The notes beneath the pieces are model-generated. The model saw only the letters and a program-made list of their open reading frames with translations. It made no database searches and had not been told where the DNA came from. From Octopus vulgaris (lineage: Eukaryota), in contig OX597831.1 of the NCBI GenBank assembly GCA_951406725.2, positions 15,004,001-15,068,000 of the forward strand: DNA of 64,000 nucleotides, given 5' to 3'. Made by a program: the position numbers and the translations under genes. Positions within the stretch are counted from its first letter, which is position 1. Every line of letters begins with the position of its first letter. Shown here in pieces: positions 17,862-31,787 of this stretch.

Positions 17862-18875
17862 TTTATAATTTACATAAACGACCTTTCCAGTGAAAATATT
17901 TGCTGATGACACTAAGCTCCAGCAAATCGTCAATGAAGAAGCAGACCGAACTCAACTCCAGTCTGATCTATATGCTGTGAGTCAATGGGCAGACAGAAAC
18001 AAAATGCAACTGAACGAGGGAAAATTTGAGCTGATGCATTTTGGAAGAAAGTCCACGCTAAAATAGCCATACTCTCTTCCTTCAGGGGAACCGCTCACAG
18101 CCTCTAACAATATCAGAGACCTGGGTGTAATTGTTGACGATCTCAGTTGGAGAGCATACATCAACAATAAGGTCGATATAGCTTGAAGGATGAGTTCCTG
18201 GATCTTAAGAACTTTCCGGTCCAGAGAACAAGGTGTCATCATACCACTTTTCTCCTCCTTTGTACTTCCACACCTCGAATACTGCTGCCCACTCTGGTCT
18301 TCTCATACAAGACAAAACATCTCGAGGATTGAATCACCCCAGAGGGCACTCACTAAACAAATTGAAGGCATGGCTGCTCTCGATTATTGGGACCGCCTTA
18401 AAGCCTTGAAACTCTACTCTCTCCAGCGTCGCCGTGAGCGGTACATCATTTGTACGATGTGGAGAATATACAGACAACTTTGCCCAAACGACCTGAACAT
18501 TAGCTTCAAGCTTCATCCAAGACTTGGACCACGGGCTATACGTCCCCTGCCCAATTCAAGATCACAGCATACATGTACACTGCAACATAATTTCTTTTCA
18601 TCAACGGGCCCCGCCCTATTTAACATTGTCCCGAAAGAGATCAAAGAGGAAAAGGATCCCATCAACTTTAAACGGAATCTGGATAGATTCCTTCAAGGAA
18701 TACCAGATAAGCCACCTATAATTGGATATAACTCACCCAACAAAAACTCACTACTTGAATGGACCATAAACAAAACTTGACTTAAACAGGATTCAGATAA
18801 TCCTATCAGGTGGTGCTATTAAGTTAGACATGGCCTGGGCCAATCTTTGGTCGAAACATATCTAAGTTTTATCTA
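17859..18875 (+). mobile_element. 5'-truncated CR1-clade LINE of a different subfamily
   Basis: IFADDTKL...LQSDL..V.QWADRNKMQLNEGKF...RDLGVIVD...PHLEYCCPLWS...YWDRLKALKLYSLQRRRERY. Confidence 0.9.
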
Positions 18876-19334
18876 ACGCACACACATACACTTACACACA
18901 AACACATATATTTTAAACAAGAATGTTATTGACTCTGATTTTGATGTTTCTGTTAGTTAAACCGTTACCCGACGGCAATACTGGAAGGTAACCTTGTCTT
19001 TATATAGTCTCAGTTTCAATGAAAATCTTCCTTGGGCGTGTGGAAAATACCGTAAATAACAACAATAATACTGTAAAGAAATGCACCATGTAAAATATAC
19101 CACCTACTTTTATTCTTAGGTGGACCCCTAAGAAATTCCATTGCATATAAAGTGGTGACGCACCCAATTGCTAAGGTTTTAAATGCGGCACTTTGTACTT
19201 TTGATCTTGGCAGAGGGTAAAGATTTAAAATTCCAATAAAACTAGAAATATATAAAATTCTTGTCATATCGTGTGCGACCCTCACAATGGGAAGGGAACT
19301 AATTATAAAGAATTGCTTGCCAAGTTCTGCGTAT

Positions 19335-19745
19335 TCTTTTATTCTTGTCTTTGTTTCAGTCATTCGACTACGGCCATACTGGAGCAGCACCTTTAGCCGA
19401 AGACATCGAACACCAGGACTTATCCTTTGCAAGCCTAGTGCTTATTCTATTGCCGAACCGCTAAGTTACGGGGACGTAAACATACGAGCATCGGTTGTTA
19501 AGCGATGTTGGAGGAACAAGCACAGATACACATACATACACACAGCGCACAGACACACACACATATATGTATATATATACGATGGGCTTCTTTCAGTTTC
19601 CTTCTAACAAATCAACTCACAAGGCTTTGGACAGCCCGCGTTAGGCTATAGGAGAAGACACTTTTCGAAGGTGCCACGCTATGGGACTGAACGCGGGACC
19701 ATGTGTTTGGTAAATAAGTTACTCACTACACATCCACTCCAGCGT
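19335..19745 (-). mobile_element. SINE family A, near full length
   Basis: Reverse-complement match to 40548-40960, including the tail 'tgtttcagtcattcgactacggccatactggagcag'. Confidence 0.85.
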
Positions 19746-20362
19746 GTAGCACGACGAAACTTTTCTGCACGCTCCCGTCTACTGCCTGTGCATTGCGGGG
19801 TTGTGGATTTATGTCGAACAATTGCGGTCAAGTGTAGGACGGCTCTGTCTATCAGATGATTTCATCGTGAAAATCCCCACTTCCTCGGGAAGTCTAGGCT
19901 ATGTTTCTTTGTCTGATGACCTTAGCGAAAGTGGTTGTCTGGTGGACCAAGCTGAAAGGCCCGAAGACAGGCACTTTCCTCTTTGGTCAAGCCCTCATCA
20001 ACTTTTTCAAGTTTGACTTGAAAAGGAAAATGAGTGTAGAAAGGAAAGTGTTGTTTCCCAGCAATTTTGCTAAAAAGTAGCATGAATGGCGCGAGTGAAC
20101 GGGTCTCCTCTAAGCATGCGCTTCTAGATCGAGGGTTGATGACGCGGAGGGGCCATATGACCTAGAGGTCAGAGAGATCATGGGTCTTGTGTGCTTTCCA
20201 CGGGGCGTCTTTGGAAGCCTTCCTTGGGGAAGGGGGGCTTTATTTGTTACAATTATTTTACCGCTTTGGTTTTTCACGGGATTAAATCTGACTCTATTTG
20301 CTTTGGGTTATCCTGTGCCGTCCCAAACCTTTTATATAATAAACCCTGTGATAAATAAAAAG
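19746..20362 (+). mobile_element. 3' end of a Tx1/L1-like LINE (CCHC knuckle remnant, C-terminus, 3' UTR)
   Basis: DETFLHAPVYC..IAGLWIYVEQL, then after a frameshift FLCLMTLAKVVVWWTKLKG...QALINFFKFDLKRKMSVER. Ends with aataaa and an A-rich stretch. Confidence 0.65.
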
Positions 20363-20419
20363 TTGTTGTTGTTGTTTTTGTTATTATTATTATTATTATT
20401 GTTGTTGTTGTTGTTGTTG

Positions 20420-20459
<40 letters not shown>

Positions 20460-22672
20460 TACTTTTTTTTTTCTTCTTTCAAATTTGCTTCCATTTCTTG
20501 CCGAGTGTCTTCCTGACTCCTAGGGCAAAGAAAGTCATAGCATACATTGGTAGGCCATTAAACCAAACTCAGTAGATCGTTCATTTAAAAAAAAAATTTT
20601 TTTTTAAAGTTAAATTAAAATACATGAGCAGCAACAGTTCTCACATCGACAACGCTCTTCTCAATACGTGTGATGTACCAGTTAAGACAATCTTTTGCAC
20701 TTCTTGCAGGGATGGTAAGCCAGGGATCATTCTCATATAATTTTCGGTTCCCTTCTTGATCGTTCCTAGTGCTCCTACGATTACTGGTATTGTAACCGCC
20801 TTGAGATGCCACATTTTCTCAATTTCACTGAGTAGGTCTTTATATTTTCTGAGCTTGTCAAACACTTTCGCTGAGATATTATGATCACAGGGGATGCTCA
20901 TGTCGATCAATAAGTAAACTTTATTGTTTTGGTCTTTCACAACAATATCTGGTTTATTGGCCTTGAAGGTTCGGTCTGTATGTACTGGAAAGTCCCACAG
21001 AATGGTTACATTTTCTCCTTCAGTTACAGCCTCAGTGTGGTGATTATACCACTTGTCGGTAGTTTTGATATTGTAATGCCGACTTATTAGCCAGTGGAGA
21101 TATTGGCCAACTCTGTCATGTCTTAATTTATACTCCACTGGTGCTAAGACTTTACATCCAGAGATTAGATGGTCCACTGTTTCAATCATGTCGTTGCAGA
21201 ACCGGCATTTTGGGTCTGCTCCATTTTTCATCACATTGGCCTGGTAGTTCCGGGTTAATAGGCTTTGATCTTGAGCAGCCAGGATGAAACCTTCGCTCTC
21301 TGCTTTTAGCCCTGAGCTCCGTAGCCACTGATGGGTTTGCTTCTGGTCAACATCAGCTTGTTTGCTGCGGGTCACATATTTGCCGTGCAGAGGTTTCTCC
21401 TCCCACCTATCAGCCAATTGCTCGTGCGCTTTTTTCGTTGCCATCATTTTCACCTTCTTTGCAACAATAGTTGCCGTACTTCCCTCGGGTTGTTCAGTTT
21501 GGGTATCCTGCACGAGATCAATAGCACATTATTTGCTTTCCTTTATGATAGAATGAAGCTTCTTTCGTCTCTCGTGATTTCCACGAGCTTTAGCATCCAG
21601 TCATTCGATATTTCGAGATGTTTGGCCAGTCCAATTGTGGTTGTTTTGTAAGCTAGTTCAAATTGGATCAGGCCTCGACCTCCTTGGGCTCTGGGAAGGT
21701 AAAGGCGATCTACGTCTGCCTTTGGGTGGTGCATCCTATTACAACTCAGCAGCTTGCGTATTTTTCTATCTATATTCTTTACTTCACTCATATTCCAGTT
21801 CAACACATTGTAGCTATAAGTAACAACTGGAACTGCTAAGGAATTTATAGCTAACACCTTGTTACGTGCATTTAGTTCAGATTTCAGGACTGCACGAACT
21901 CTCCTATAACATTCCTTCCTGATTTTCTCTTTCATGCTTGCATGCTGAATACCAGAGCCTTCATTTATCCTTAAATATTTGTATGTTTGTTCTTGCTCAA
22001 GCTCTCTTATGACTGTGTCAACATCTAACACGACTAAATTTGTGGTCTTCACTTTCCCTTTCTGGAAAGTGGCCTTGGCACACTTCTCAAGTCCAAACTC
22101 CATCCCGATGTCATCGCTGAATGCTTTCACGGTGTGCAATAGGCCTTCAAGTTCATTATTGTCTTTACCATAAAGTTTTAAGTCATCCATATAAAATAGA
22201 TGGCTTATTTTTTTATTGGCAATTTTATACCCATACCCTGTTCTGTTTAATTTAAGGAGTATTAGGGCTATGCAGAATATTAAAGGTGAAAGTGAGTCAC
22301 CTTGAAAAATTCCACAGTTGATGTTTATATTTTCTGAGGCAAGTACTCCATTAGAGTGGTATAATTGGAGATTCGTATTCCACAACGACATATTGTGCTT
22401 CAGGAAGTTTGAAATCACAGGGGAAATTTTGAAGATGTCCAGCGATCTCAAGATCCATGGATGCGGTATACTGTTGAAGGCCTTTTTGTAGTCAATCCAT
22501 GCGGTGCTGAGATTTCTGCGCTTGTTGTGACAGTTCTCAAGGATCATACGATTGATTAGCAGTTGATCTTTGCATCCGTAAGAGCCTCGGCGGCACCCTT
22601 TTTTTTCAATGGGGAAAATATCGTTCTTCTCCATGAATGCATATGTTTTCTCCGCCAGGATAGATGTTAGGA

Positions 22673-22675
<3 letters not shown>
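20460..22675 (-). mobile_element. 5'-truncated Dong/R4-clade LINE (RT, CCHC, restriction-like endonuclease, 3' UTR) inserted in (TAA)n
   Basis: ORF 21543-22634 has AWIDYKKAF, GIFQGDSLSPL, HLFYMDDLKLY and HPKADVDRLY.PR..GGRGL. ORF 20641-21513 has KPLHGKY, AAQDQ, CRFC...H..SGC, RHD, KPDIV..D and K..KY.DL. A frameshift separates the two ORFs, and TTA repeats lie on both sides. Confidence 0.93.
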
Positions 22676-22754
<79 letters not shown>

Positions 22755-22762
<8 letters not shown>

Positions 22763-23122
22763 CGCCTTAGCGAAGACGGAGATATTGTCTTCAGGTGTGT
22801 CTGTTTGTCCGTGGACAAGATATCTCAAGAACCGCTAAATGGATTCGAATGAAACTTTCAGGGATATTTGGCAACGTGGCTGGCAGAAACCGATTAGATT
22901 TTGCGATCGATCCGTTACTGGGCAAGGATTCTGGATTATTTTTCCTGTTCTATTTTTACAAAAATTTTGAGTGCGTTCGCGTTCATTTTTTGTAAATCTA
23001 TTTTGTGAGAGCAGTCGAGTTTATTTCAGATATTCTCATTTTAAAACTCATCTCTAGCAAATCGTTAAGAGGAGGTGGTGTTGTTTTGGCGAAGGTTTGC
23101 CCTTTCTGAGTGCTCTTGTTAT
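22755..23122 (+). mobile_element. Non-autonomous Helentron-associated element (HINE/DINE-1-like)
   Basis: 5' subterminal repeat and palindrome aactccgccttagcgaagacggag, then a short gtct/gttt microsatellite. The 3' end has ggcgaaggtt plus a small stem-loop and a T-rich junction. Confidence 0.65.
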
Positions 23123-23133
23123 TTTTATTATTA

Positions 23134-23182
<49 letters not shown>

Positions 23183-23199
23183 GATTATTATTATTATTA

Positions 23200-23245
<46 letters not shown>

Positions 23246-23250
23246 TATCA

Positions 23251-23281
<31 letters not shown>

Positions 23282-23457
23282 TATTATCATTATTATTATC
23301 ATTATTATTATTATTATTATTACTATTATTATCATTATTATTATCATTATTATCATTATTATTATCATTATTATTATTATTATTATTATTATCATTATTA
23401 TTATTATTATTATTGTTATTATTATTATTATTATTACTATTATTATCATTATTATTA

Positions 23458-23530
<73 letters not shown>
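23123..23530. repeat. (TTA)n microsatellite with TCA/CTA/TTG interruptions
   Basis: Directly visible. Confidence 0.95.
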
Positions 23531-23579
23531 GTTTGTGACAATGGTTATGGTGGTGAGGTGGTAATTTTGATAATGCTGC

Positions 23580-23620
<41 letters not shown>

Positions 23621-24227
23621 CTATCAGCGACGAGGACACACGCCATGATGATGATGTGATGATAGTATATAAACGCAGCCATGAAGTGCAGAGAATGAAA
23701 GGCAAGAGCTAAAACAAAACAAAACGAAATAAAAAAAGAAATGCAATTTCTTTAAAAAATCATCAAAGAAAGAAAGCTAAAATATTTTGGACATTTAATT
23801 AGAAAAAGTAATTTAAGAAGTTTTTTTTTTATTGAGTAGAATTCAAAATGAATGGTAAAAGAAGCAAATAGGAATATATTGGAGAGATTCTATCAAAAGT
23901 TAGACTGAGAGAAGACAATATCGTCGTCGTCGTCATCTTCTTCTTCTTCTTCTCCATCTTCTTCTCCTTATCCTCATCCTTCTTCTTTTTCTTCTTCTTC
24001 GTCTTCATCTTCTATTTCTTCCTCTCCTCTCCTTCTTTTTCGTCCTCTTTCCCCTCTTTCTCGTCTTCTTCCTTTTCTTCTTATTCTCCATCTTTTTCTT
24101 CATCTTCTTCCCCTTCTCCTTCCTCTTTTCTCTTTCTACTTCTTCTTTTTTTCTCCTTCTCTTCTTCTTCTTGTCATCATATTCCTCCTCCTCCTCATTA
24201 TCATCATCTTCATCAATCCGTAGATAT

Positions 24228-24495
24228 TATGCCTCATTTCATGGGCCACATTAGGCTGATCACCCGGTTTCCATCGCACGTTCCATCGACCGATATCACC
24301 AAACCATTCCTGAACGACGCGACGCCAGTCCGTCGAAGAATTATTCATTTACAACAGCGTGGACTGGAGCAACGTGAAATGAAGTGTTTTCTTCAAGTAC
24401 ATAATGCACGTCCCTTTCCTGGAATCGAAACTACAATCTTGGAACCGTGAGTGTAACGCCCCCGCCCCCACCAACCACTAAACCACGCATCTAGA
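24228..24495 (-). mobile_element. tRNA-derived SINE, family-B-like head with a distinct 3' body
   Basis: 'gtggactggagcaacgtgaaatgaagtgt...ggaatcgaa...aaccactaaaccacgc' matches the head of 50079-50406. Confidence 0.7.
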
Positions 24496-25017
24496 GCAAT
24501 ATCATATAACTTGGCGAAGTAATACTAGAGGAAATAGGGCACTGTGTGATGGTGCATTTTAAAAACCATTAAATTTACTAGAGCAAGTGTAGAAGACAAA
24601 CTACACGGTATGGATGTAGAGTCTAATAACGCACGACTTCCTGAAGCAAACATAAATATTTTTATATGCGATTGTTCATAATAATATCATACGCTATTCT
24701 GATATTACATAGGACACTTTCTTATGATTTACTGGAACAAAAGTGGAGGAGCAGATACATTGCGCTCTGATACGGTGTAATATTATCAGCTTCACTTGAG
24801 CAAGAGTGGAAGAAGCTATATTATTTACGCTGAACTTACGACATTCTGTTGTCACATTGATTAATACTAATGACTTTTATGTACTCGGCATTTCGTTGTG
24901 CAACCATAATATACTATAAAACATATTAAGCATTTTATAAGCCAACACCACGTTCTCCTGTGTTAGCAGTGCGCTTTTTACATTAATTCTTCACGTTATC
25001 TTTACAGATCTGAAAAA

Positions 25018-25228
25018 ATTATAGCCAGCACTGATTATTGTGACAACGTTTCGTATACGAGACGACAGATGTAAACAAACAAATGAGATCGAAGTGAGAA
25101 AATGGTAATGGGTGTGTATACTAAATTCGGGGTTGTTTTCCCTTGTCTCATCTTCGATCTCATTGTTTCTTTATACCCGACGTCCTGAATACGAAACGTT
25201 GTAGCCAAGAATAAGTGCTGGCTATAAT
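25018..25228. repeat. ~210-bp imperfect palindrome (inverted PLE terminal remnant or MITE)
   Basis: Paired arms: tatagccagcactgatt / aataagtgctggctata; acaacgtttcgtat / atacgaaacgttgt; aatgagatcgaag / cttcgatctcatt. Confidence 0.75.
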
Positions 25229-25419
25229 CTCTATTGAATATCTTTAGAGATAACCGTAACACATACCATTGGGTAATGTCATATACTGTAATGAGAGCAG
25301 CGTTGGAGAAAGGCAGTATAAACCAGGTGATACTGCACTGTCAAGCTCTATACTTAGCGACTATTAAATTTGGAAACTTGGCGATGGGAGACGGGACATA
25401 CGCTTTAAATTTTACTTGA

Positions 25420-25865
25420 TCCAGTCATTAAAATGTGGCCATGCTGGAGCCCCGCACTGAGGGCTTTAGTCGAAAGTTAATGTTTTCTTTTTAAAGGCCG
25501 GTACTTATTCATTTGTATTGCTTCGCAGCCGAAAGGTTCAGTGACGAGGACGTAAACAAACCAACACTGATTGCCAAGTATTCACGAAAGGACAACCACA
25601 TTCACCAGGCATACAACACACACACCCACACACACACACGCACACACACACGCACACACACCCACACACACACACGCACACACACACGCACACACACACA
25701 CCTGTATGTATGACGTGTTTTCACAAAGTTTCACTCTACTGAAAAGACATTGGACGGCCCGGAGTCACAGTAGTAGACAGTTGTGGATCGTACCTTGCAA
25801 TGGAATCGAACGCGAAACCAAATATTTGCAAAGCGTATTGCTTGAGCACACTGCCATGCTTCTGC
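25420..25865 (-). mobile_element. Diverged SINE family A with internal (CA)n
   Basis: Contains 'cagtcatt...gtggccatgctggagc' and 'ggacgtaaacaaaccaac' plus a degraded head. Confidence 0.7.
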
Positions 25866-26775
25866 TTGGTGTAATATTGTATCTACGCCATAGATTTAGT
25901 ACAATTGTTACTAAGATGAAATAGTTTTCATTTCATACGTATTCTATAAGCAATAGTCGGATGAAATTCCACATCATGTTTGCAGATTTTTAATATGATA
26001 TTGATCGACTGAAAATAGCAAAAATAAATTTTACCTTTAACTTCTGAGAGATTATTTTATGTTATATTAATGCTGTAACTTCACAAAACTTTCTTATATA
26101 CGCTTATGAATACACTATGTAAACCTTGTGTTCTCGTCCGAACAGATAGACATATTAGCCACATTTCAATTCAGTATCTCTAACGGCACAAAAGGAAGAA
26201 CTATGAGATAGCTTTTGTTTCATAAAAATAGCCATAGTTACAGCACACGTCATATAAAGAAATAAGAGATGTCATCGGCAAAATCTGTTGGATCAAGGTA
26301 TTCTTGTGCATAGGTAAGAAGAGAAAGCTAACAATAGAAAGGAGAACCACAACAGCATCAAAATAGCTTGATTCCACACTAGTTGAACTCAAATCTACAG
26401 TATGACGAAACACTAAGATTACACCGTTCTTTGCTAATTTGATGTCTGCTAAAGGCTGCGTATTAAAAGCACTCAATTCCGCCATGCTTAATTACATCGT
26501 TACAAGAGAATTTTCTGGTCCGTAAAAAATAGACATCTAGGAAAAGAACACAATGTAGTTTACGTATGAACACACACTTTCATATTTTTTGTTATATATA
26601 TGCATTTATAAACATATATGTATGTGCGTATGTGTGTGTGTGTGTATGCATGCGTCCATGTGTGTGTGTGTGTGCGTTTGCGCACGTTGTGTATACACTT
26701 ATATGTATATATATATATGTGTATATATATTTATATTATGTATTTAAATATGACCATAAAAACCATATATATCAG

Positions 26776-26818
<43 letters not shown>

Positions 26819-26890
26819 TTATATCTATCTGTCTGTCTGTCTATCTATCTCAATCTATCTATCTATCTATCTATCGATGTGTGTAGGCAT

Positions 26891-27021
<131 letters not shown>

Positions 27022-27078
27022 CATATATTTATATATATATATATATACATATATATATACATATACACATACACACAC

Positions 27079-27109
<31 letters not shown>

Positions 27110-27686
27110 TGCGTATATGCCTTTATGCGCACGTATGTGCGTATTTGTTTATGTGTCCGTGTGTGCGCGCGCGCGTGTGTGCATAATGGCATCGTCGCAG
27201 AAATGGCATTTATGGAAACGTCGTAGAATAGTCGAAAACGTTTTGCTAAGCAGACTAGAAGCCAATAAGTAATATAATTATCGGTGCTAAAAATAAAGTC
27301 CTTATGCGCAGAATTTAAAGATAATAGCCTATTTGCTTAATATACTTACAAGGTCTCCAAGACTATAGCGGAAATGTTAAATGGCTTTCTAAAACTTCTA
27401 ATGTATAAGTGTTCGCTGAGAAGGAAGTTGTTAAAATTTCTCCTTTGTTTTATTTATTTGTTTGCTTTGTTTTATTTTTCTGTGTGTGTTCTTAATATTT
27501 TGCTTTTTGTTTTGTTGTTCATAAACTAAGATAGCAAAAAAAGGAAATAAATGAATATAAAAAATTAATATGTCATTTATAATTTGCCAGTTATTAAGGA
27601 TATGTCTCCATATAATTTTATATTAAGGATGCAAAACTGTAGGATCGTATTTTAACGCAGTCACCCTGAGGACGTGTGTGTGTCTA

Positions 27687-27736
<50 letters not shown>

Positions 27737-28663
27737 TGTGTGTATATGTATGTGTATATATTTAAGTATGTATATATAATCAAGGACAGAATATAAGACG
27801 TGTGATGTTTGGCACTTTTAGTTAATAGTCTTAGACTGCAAAGACGTAGCTGAGTTGTTAAGCAGCTCATTTACCAATTTCCCAACGACACCATTTTGGG
27901 GTGAGACTGAATGTGCAATTTTTCAAACCTGCAACTCTTTAATAGCCTCAGAATAGCCTCAGACCCAGGCAGAATTTTATGCTTGTTACTTCATTATAAT
28001 AGCAAAACCAATAGATTTATAAATTGTACATCATAATTATATTGAAAATTTTCTACCTATCTTCCGCCCGTTTCCCTTAAAAATTCAAATCTTTACTTCA
28101 CGTTGTAAAAGGGCCTCAGACTGCAATCATCAATGACTGATTTCAATGATTCTTCTTAGCAATGGTTTTGCCCGTATACCAGAAATCAGCGACTATGTAT
28201 GTATGCATGTATATATGTGTGTGTATATGTGTGTGTGCATACCTGTATTGTTTCCCTGTTACTAGTGTCACTCAAGAGATCCCACACCATGCCACCTCAC
28301 ATAACTCGTTGTATGGGTCGTCTTCGACAAAACTAGCACCGGCCCTTATTAGGAAGGTCGAAAATCAATAGGCAAATATTTTAATACACTAACAATCCAA
28401 ATTATTTGATGCCTGAATTATAGGAACCAAACTACGCCGCTGGAGAAGGTTGAAGCCAGAGTGGTTTGATGACAACAAATCGTTAAACTGTCCGTCAAAA
28501 GAATACCGTTCCCTATTTTTTCAGTACCTTTGTATTATAGACATAATAGCTTAAATTGTATCCTTCTACAGCCCTCATCAAATATTCTAATTCATAAATA
28601 TATTTAAATATATTTAAGATGTTTTTTCTCATATACATTGTATTTTGGATATGTAGATATGTA

Positions 28664-28812
28664 GGCGCGTATACGAATGTTTGGTTGGAGAAACCTGCTT
28701 CTCAGGCAAGTGGTCTTGGGTTAAACTCCACAGTGCGGCACCCTGGGCTGGGATTTTCTGCAATAGCTTGTGAGTGGATTTTGTAGACAAGAACTGAAAG
28801 AAGTCCATCATG
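28664..28812 (+). mobile_element. SINE family A head half
   Basis: 'cttgtgagtggattttgtagac...aactgaaagaag' followed by (TA)n. Confidence 0.7.
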
Positions 28813-28814
28813 TA

Positions 28815-28884
<70 letters not shown>

Positions 28885-29104
28885 GTTGACAAGAACTCAC
28901 CCGTCAGTAAATCTAAACCATTTAATTCCAAGATTCAAGAAATATATATTTTATATGAGAATTCGCTAAATAGACGAATATTGAAAAAAAAGACGGTGAT
29001 ATCAACTTACAGCATTGAATTATTCAACATAATTGGAATGAATATATAAAATTGAACACTTACAGAACTTTGATTTACTTTTGCGTGACTTTTAGCCAAG
29101 CCCG

Positions 29105-29201
<97 letters not shown>

Positions 29202-29409
29202 ATTTGAGGGTTTGAAAATGCATCTGGGTCTCAAAACGTGAAGTCGTTTTAAAATATTGCAATAGATATATTCAAATACCAAACCAGTGTGGACATGTTT
29301 TGGCTTATTCGTGTAGCGAGTCACATCACGAAGATTTATATTTCTTTGGATTCAGGATAAGAAATATATTCGCAAGCACTCGCAAATACATATACACAAA
29401 ATTATATGC

Positions 29410-29498
<89 letters not shown>

Positions 29499-30480
29499 CA
29501 TCCATCCATCTAAATATCTATCTATCTAAGAGAGAAATATTCTTTTGTTTTCTACACTAGGCACAAGGCCCGAAATTTTGTGGGGAGGAGGACAGTCGAT
29601 TAGATCGATTTCAGTACGCAACTGGTACTTAATTTATCGACCCGTAACGGAGGAAAGGCATGCGTAACGATGGGGGGAAATTGTCTTATTTTATAATTCA
29701 TGTTATCTGGGACTATAAAATCTAATGTCTTCGATTTCTTAAGAAGAAGAAGAAGAATGTGATTTGGTGGAGATTATGCTGCTATTTCTAACAGTACCTA
29801 AGAAAACTATTGCAAATAACCAGCGACAATATTTATGCTCTCTAGGGAATTTTCTCATTCACAATGTGGTTCCAACGCAGAACTGAATTAGTATGTCATG
29901 TAACATTCTACAAAGTTACCATTCCATCATAAATAATAACAATTCTATGAACTCTAGTACGCCATTGCTGATCATTAAGGTGGAAGTGATAAGTTGATTG
30001 ATACGATTCTTGGTTCTGATGGATTACATAGCTTAAGGTCTTCGATTAACAGTTTAGAAGTTCCAATATTGTAACAGCACTTTGACTAATTTCAATATTG
30101 GAGATCGATCAATAAATTAGGCAATCGAATGATACACTTATAATGAATTATATGTGAGGTTAAATCGATAAATGTGGAAATATTATTACAAACACGTCCT
30201 TATATTTGATTTGTCAATCTAATATTGATTAATCAGATATATTTATCGATACTTGAAACACCAAGGTTATCCATTGACAGGTCTTATTTGAAATATTACG
30301 GAATTCGGCATTTTGGGTTCAAATGATGACCTGCAATTATCTAATTCCTTTCATCTAAAATTAGCCGCTCATGTAAGTTCGTAGGAGATATAATGGATGT
30401 ACAATGGCAAATATTCATGGTGTTAAGTGATGACCACAGGCGAACATCACACATTATTGCTTTGAAGTTATTTTTAATAC

Positions 30481-30920
30481 GCGCAGAAATGAGTGGCTGT
30501 GTGGTAAGAAGCTTACTTCTCACCCGCATGATTCCGGGTTCAGTCCCACTGCGTGGCAATTTGCTCAATTGAATTCTATTCAAATTCCGGCCGATCAATT
30601 CCTTCTGAGTGGATTTTGTAGACGGGAACCGGAAGCCGTCCGTCGTGTATTTGTTTCAGTCATTTGACTGAAGCCATGCTGGAGCAGAATGTCTGACTGT
30701 CCTTGTGTCGGTGTTTGTACATAAATAGCGCTTCGAAATCGGTGTTGGTGTTCTGATGTCCCAGTCACATAACAGATCCACGGATAGAATAATCACCGGA
30801 CTTTTCAAAAAAGTACTGTTATGGGGGGATTCATTCGAGGAAAACCTCTTCGATGTGGTGCACCAGTATGGCCGAAGCCTAATGACTGAAAGGTAAAATT
30901 ACGGAAAAAGATAAAGAGAT
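30481..30920 (+). mobile_element. SINE family A, diverged, with a short inverted tail piece inside (~30650-30686)
   Basis: Head 'gagtggctgtgtggtaagaagctt...ccgggttcagtcccactgcgtggca' and tail 'ggtgcaccagtatggccg..aatgactgaaa'. Confidence 0.8.
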
Positions 30921-31039
30921 AAGCCTGTTCACTGTTATATTATACATCATATATACATATATATATATATTATACATATTATAATATATATATATATATA
31001 TATATATTACACATCATAACTGTTTTATGTAAATCCATA

Positions 31040-31240
31040 GATGCAGTGAAATGGTAGAATCGTTCGGACGACAGACGAGATTTCTTCTGCCTATACGTTC
31101 TAAGATCAAATTCCGCCGGTGCCACATTTACCATTCCAAGTCGAATATACTGCGCACCAGTTGAGAACTAGAAGCATACAATCAACTAGACCCCCCCCCG
31201 CCTCCGAAAGTTCAAGCCTTGTGCCTGTAAGAGAAAAGAT
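31040..31240 (+). mobile_element. SINE family C, diverged
   Basis: 'agaatcgtt...tacgttct...caaattccgccg...gccttgtgcc' matches the reverse complement of 32230-32668 and 1450-1715. Confidence 0.6.
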
Positions 31241-31279
31241 GATGTAAGTATATACATAAATTCTTATCTATATATAACC

Positions 31280-31311
<32 letters not shown>

Positions 31312-31366
31312 TAAAACTGTATACACACACACACACATATATACATATATATATAAATACATGCAA

Positions 31367-31612
31367 AGGCGTACTCCGTCGGTTACGACGACGAGGGCCC
31401 AGATGGTGCGCTCAACGAAATAGCTTGCTCGTGAAATTAACGTGCAAGTGGCTGAGCACCCCACAGACAGGTGCACTCTTAATATAGTTCTCAGGGAGAT
31501 TCAGCGTGGCAGAGAGAGTGGCACGGCTGGCCCTTTTAAATACAGGTACAACTCATTTTTGCTAGCTGAGTGGCCTAGAGCCGAATGCCCTAACAACTAA
31601 GCCTCGCGCTTT
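31367..31612 (-). mobile_element. SINE family B with internal deletion
   Basis: Aligns to 50079-50406 but lacks the segment between the tRNA head and the body. Confidence 0.8.
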
Positions 31613-31676
31613 ATAATATATATATAATTTCATATATATGCAGATTGTTATATAGCGACACGCACACTCACACACA

Positions 31677-31787
<111 letters not shown>

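Noticed and set aside
26201-26485. 94-aa hydrophobic ORF
   Set aside because: No recognisable family motif, and the length is within chance expectation.
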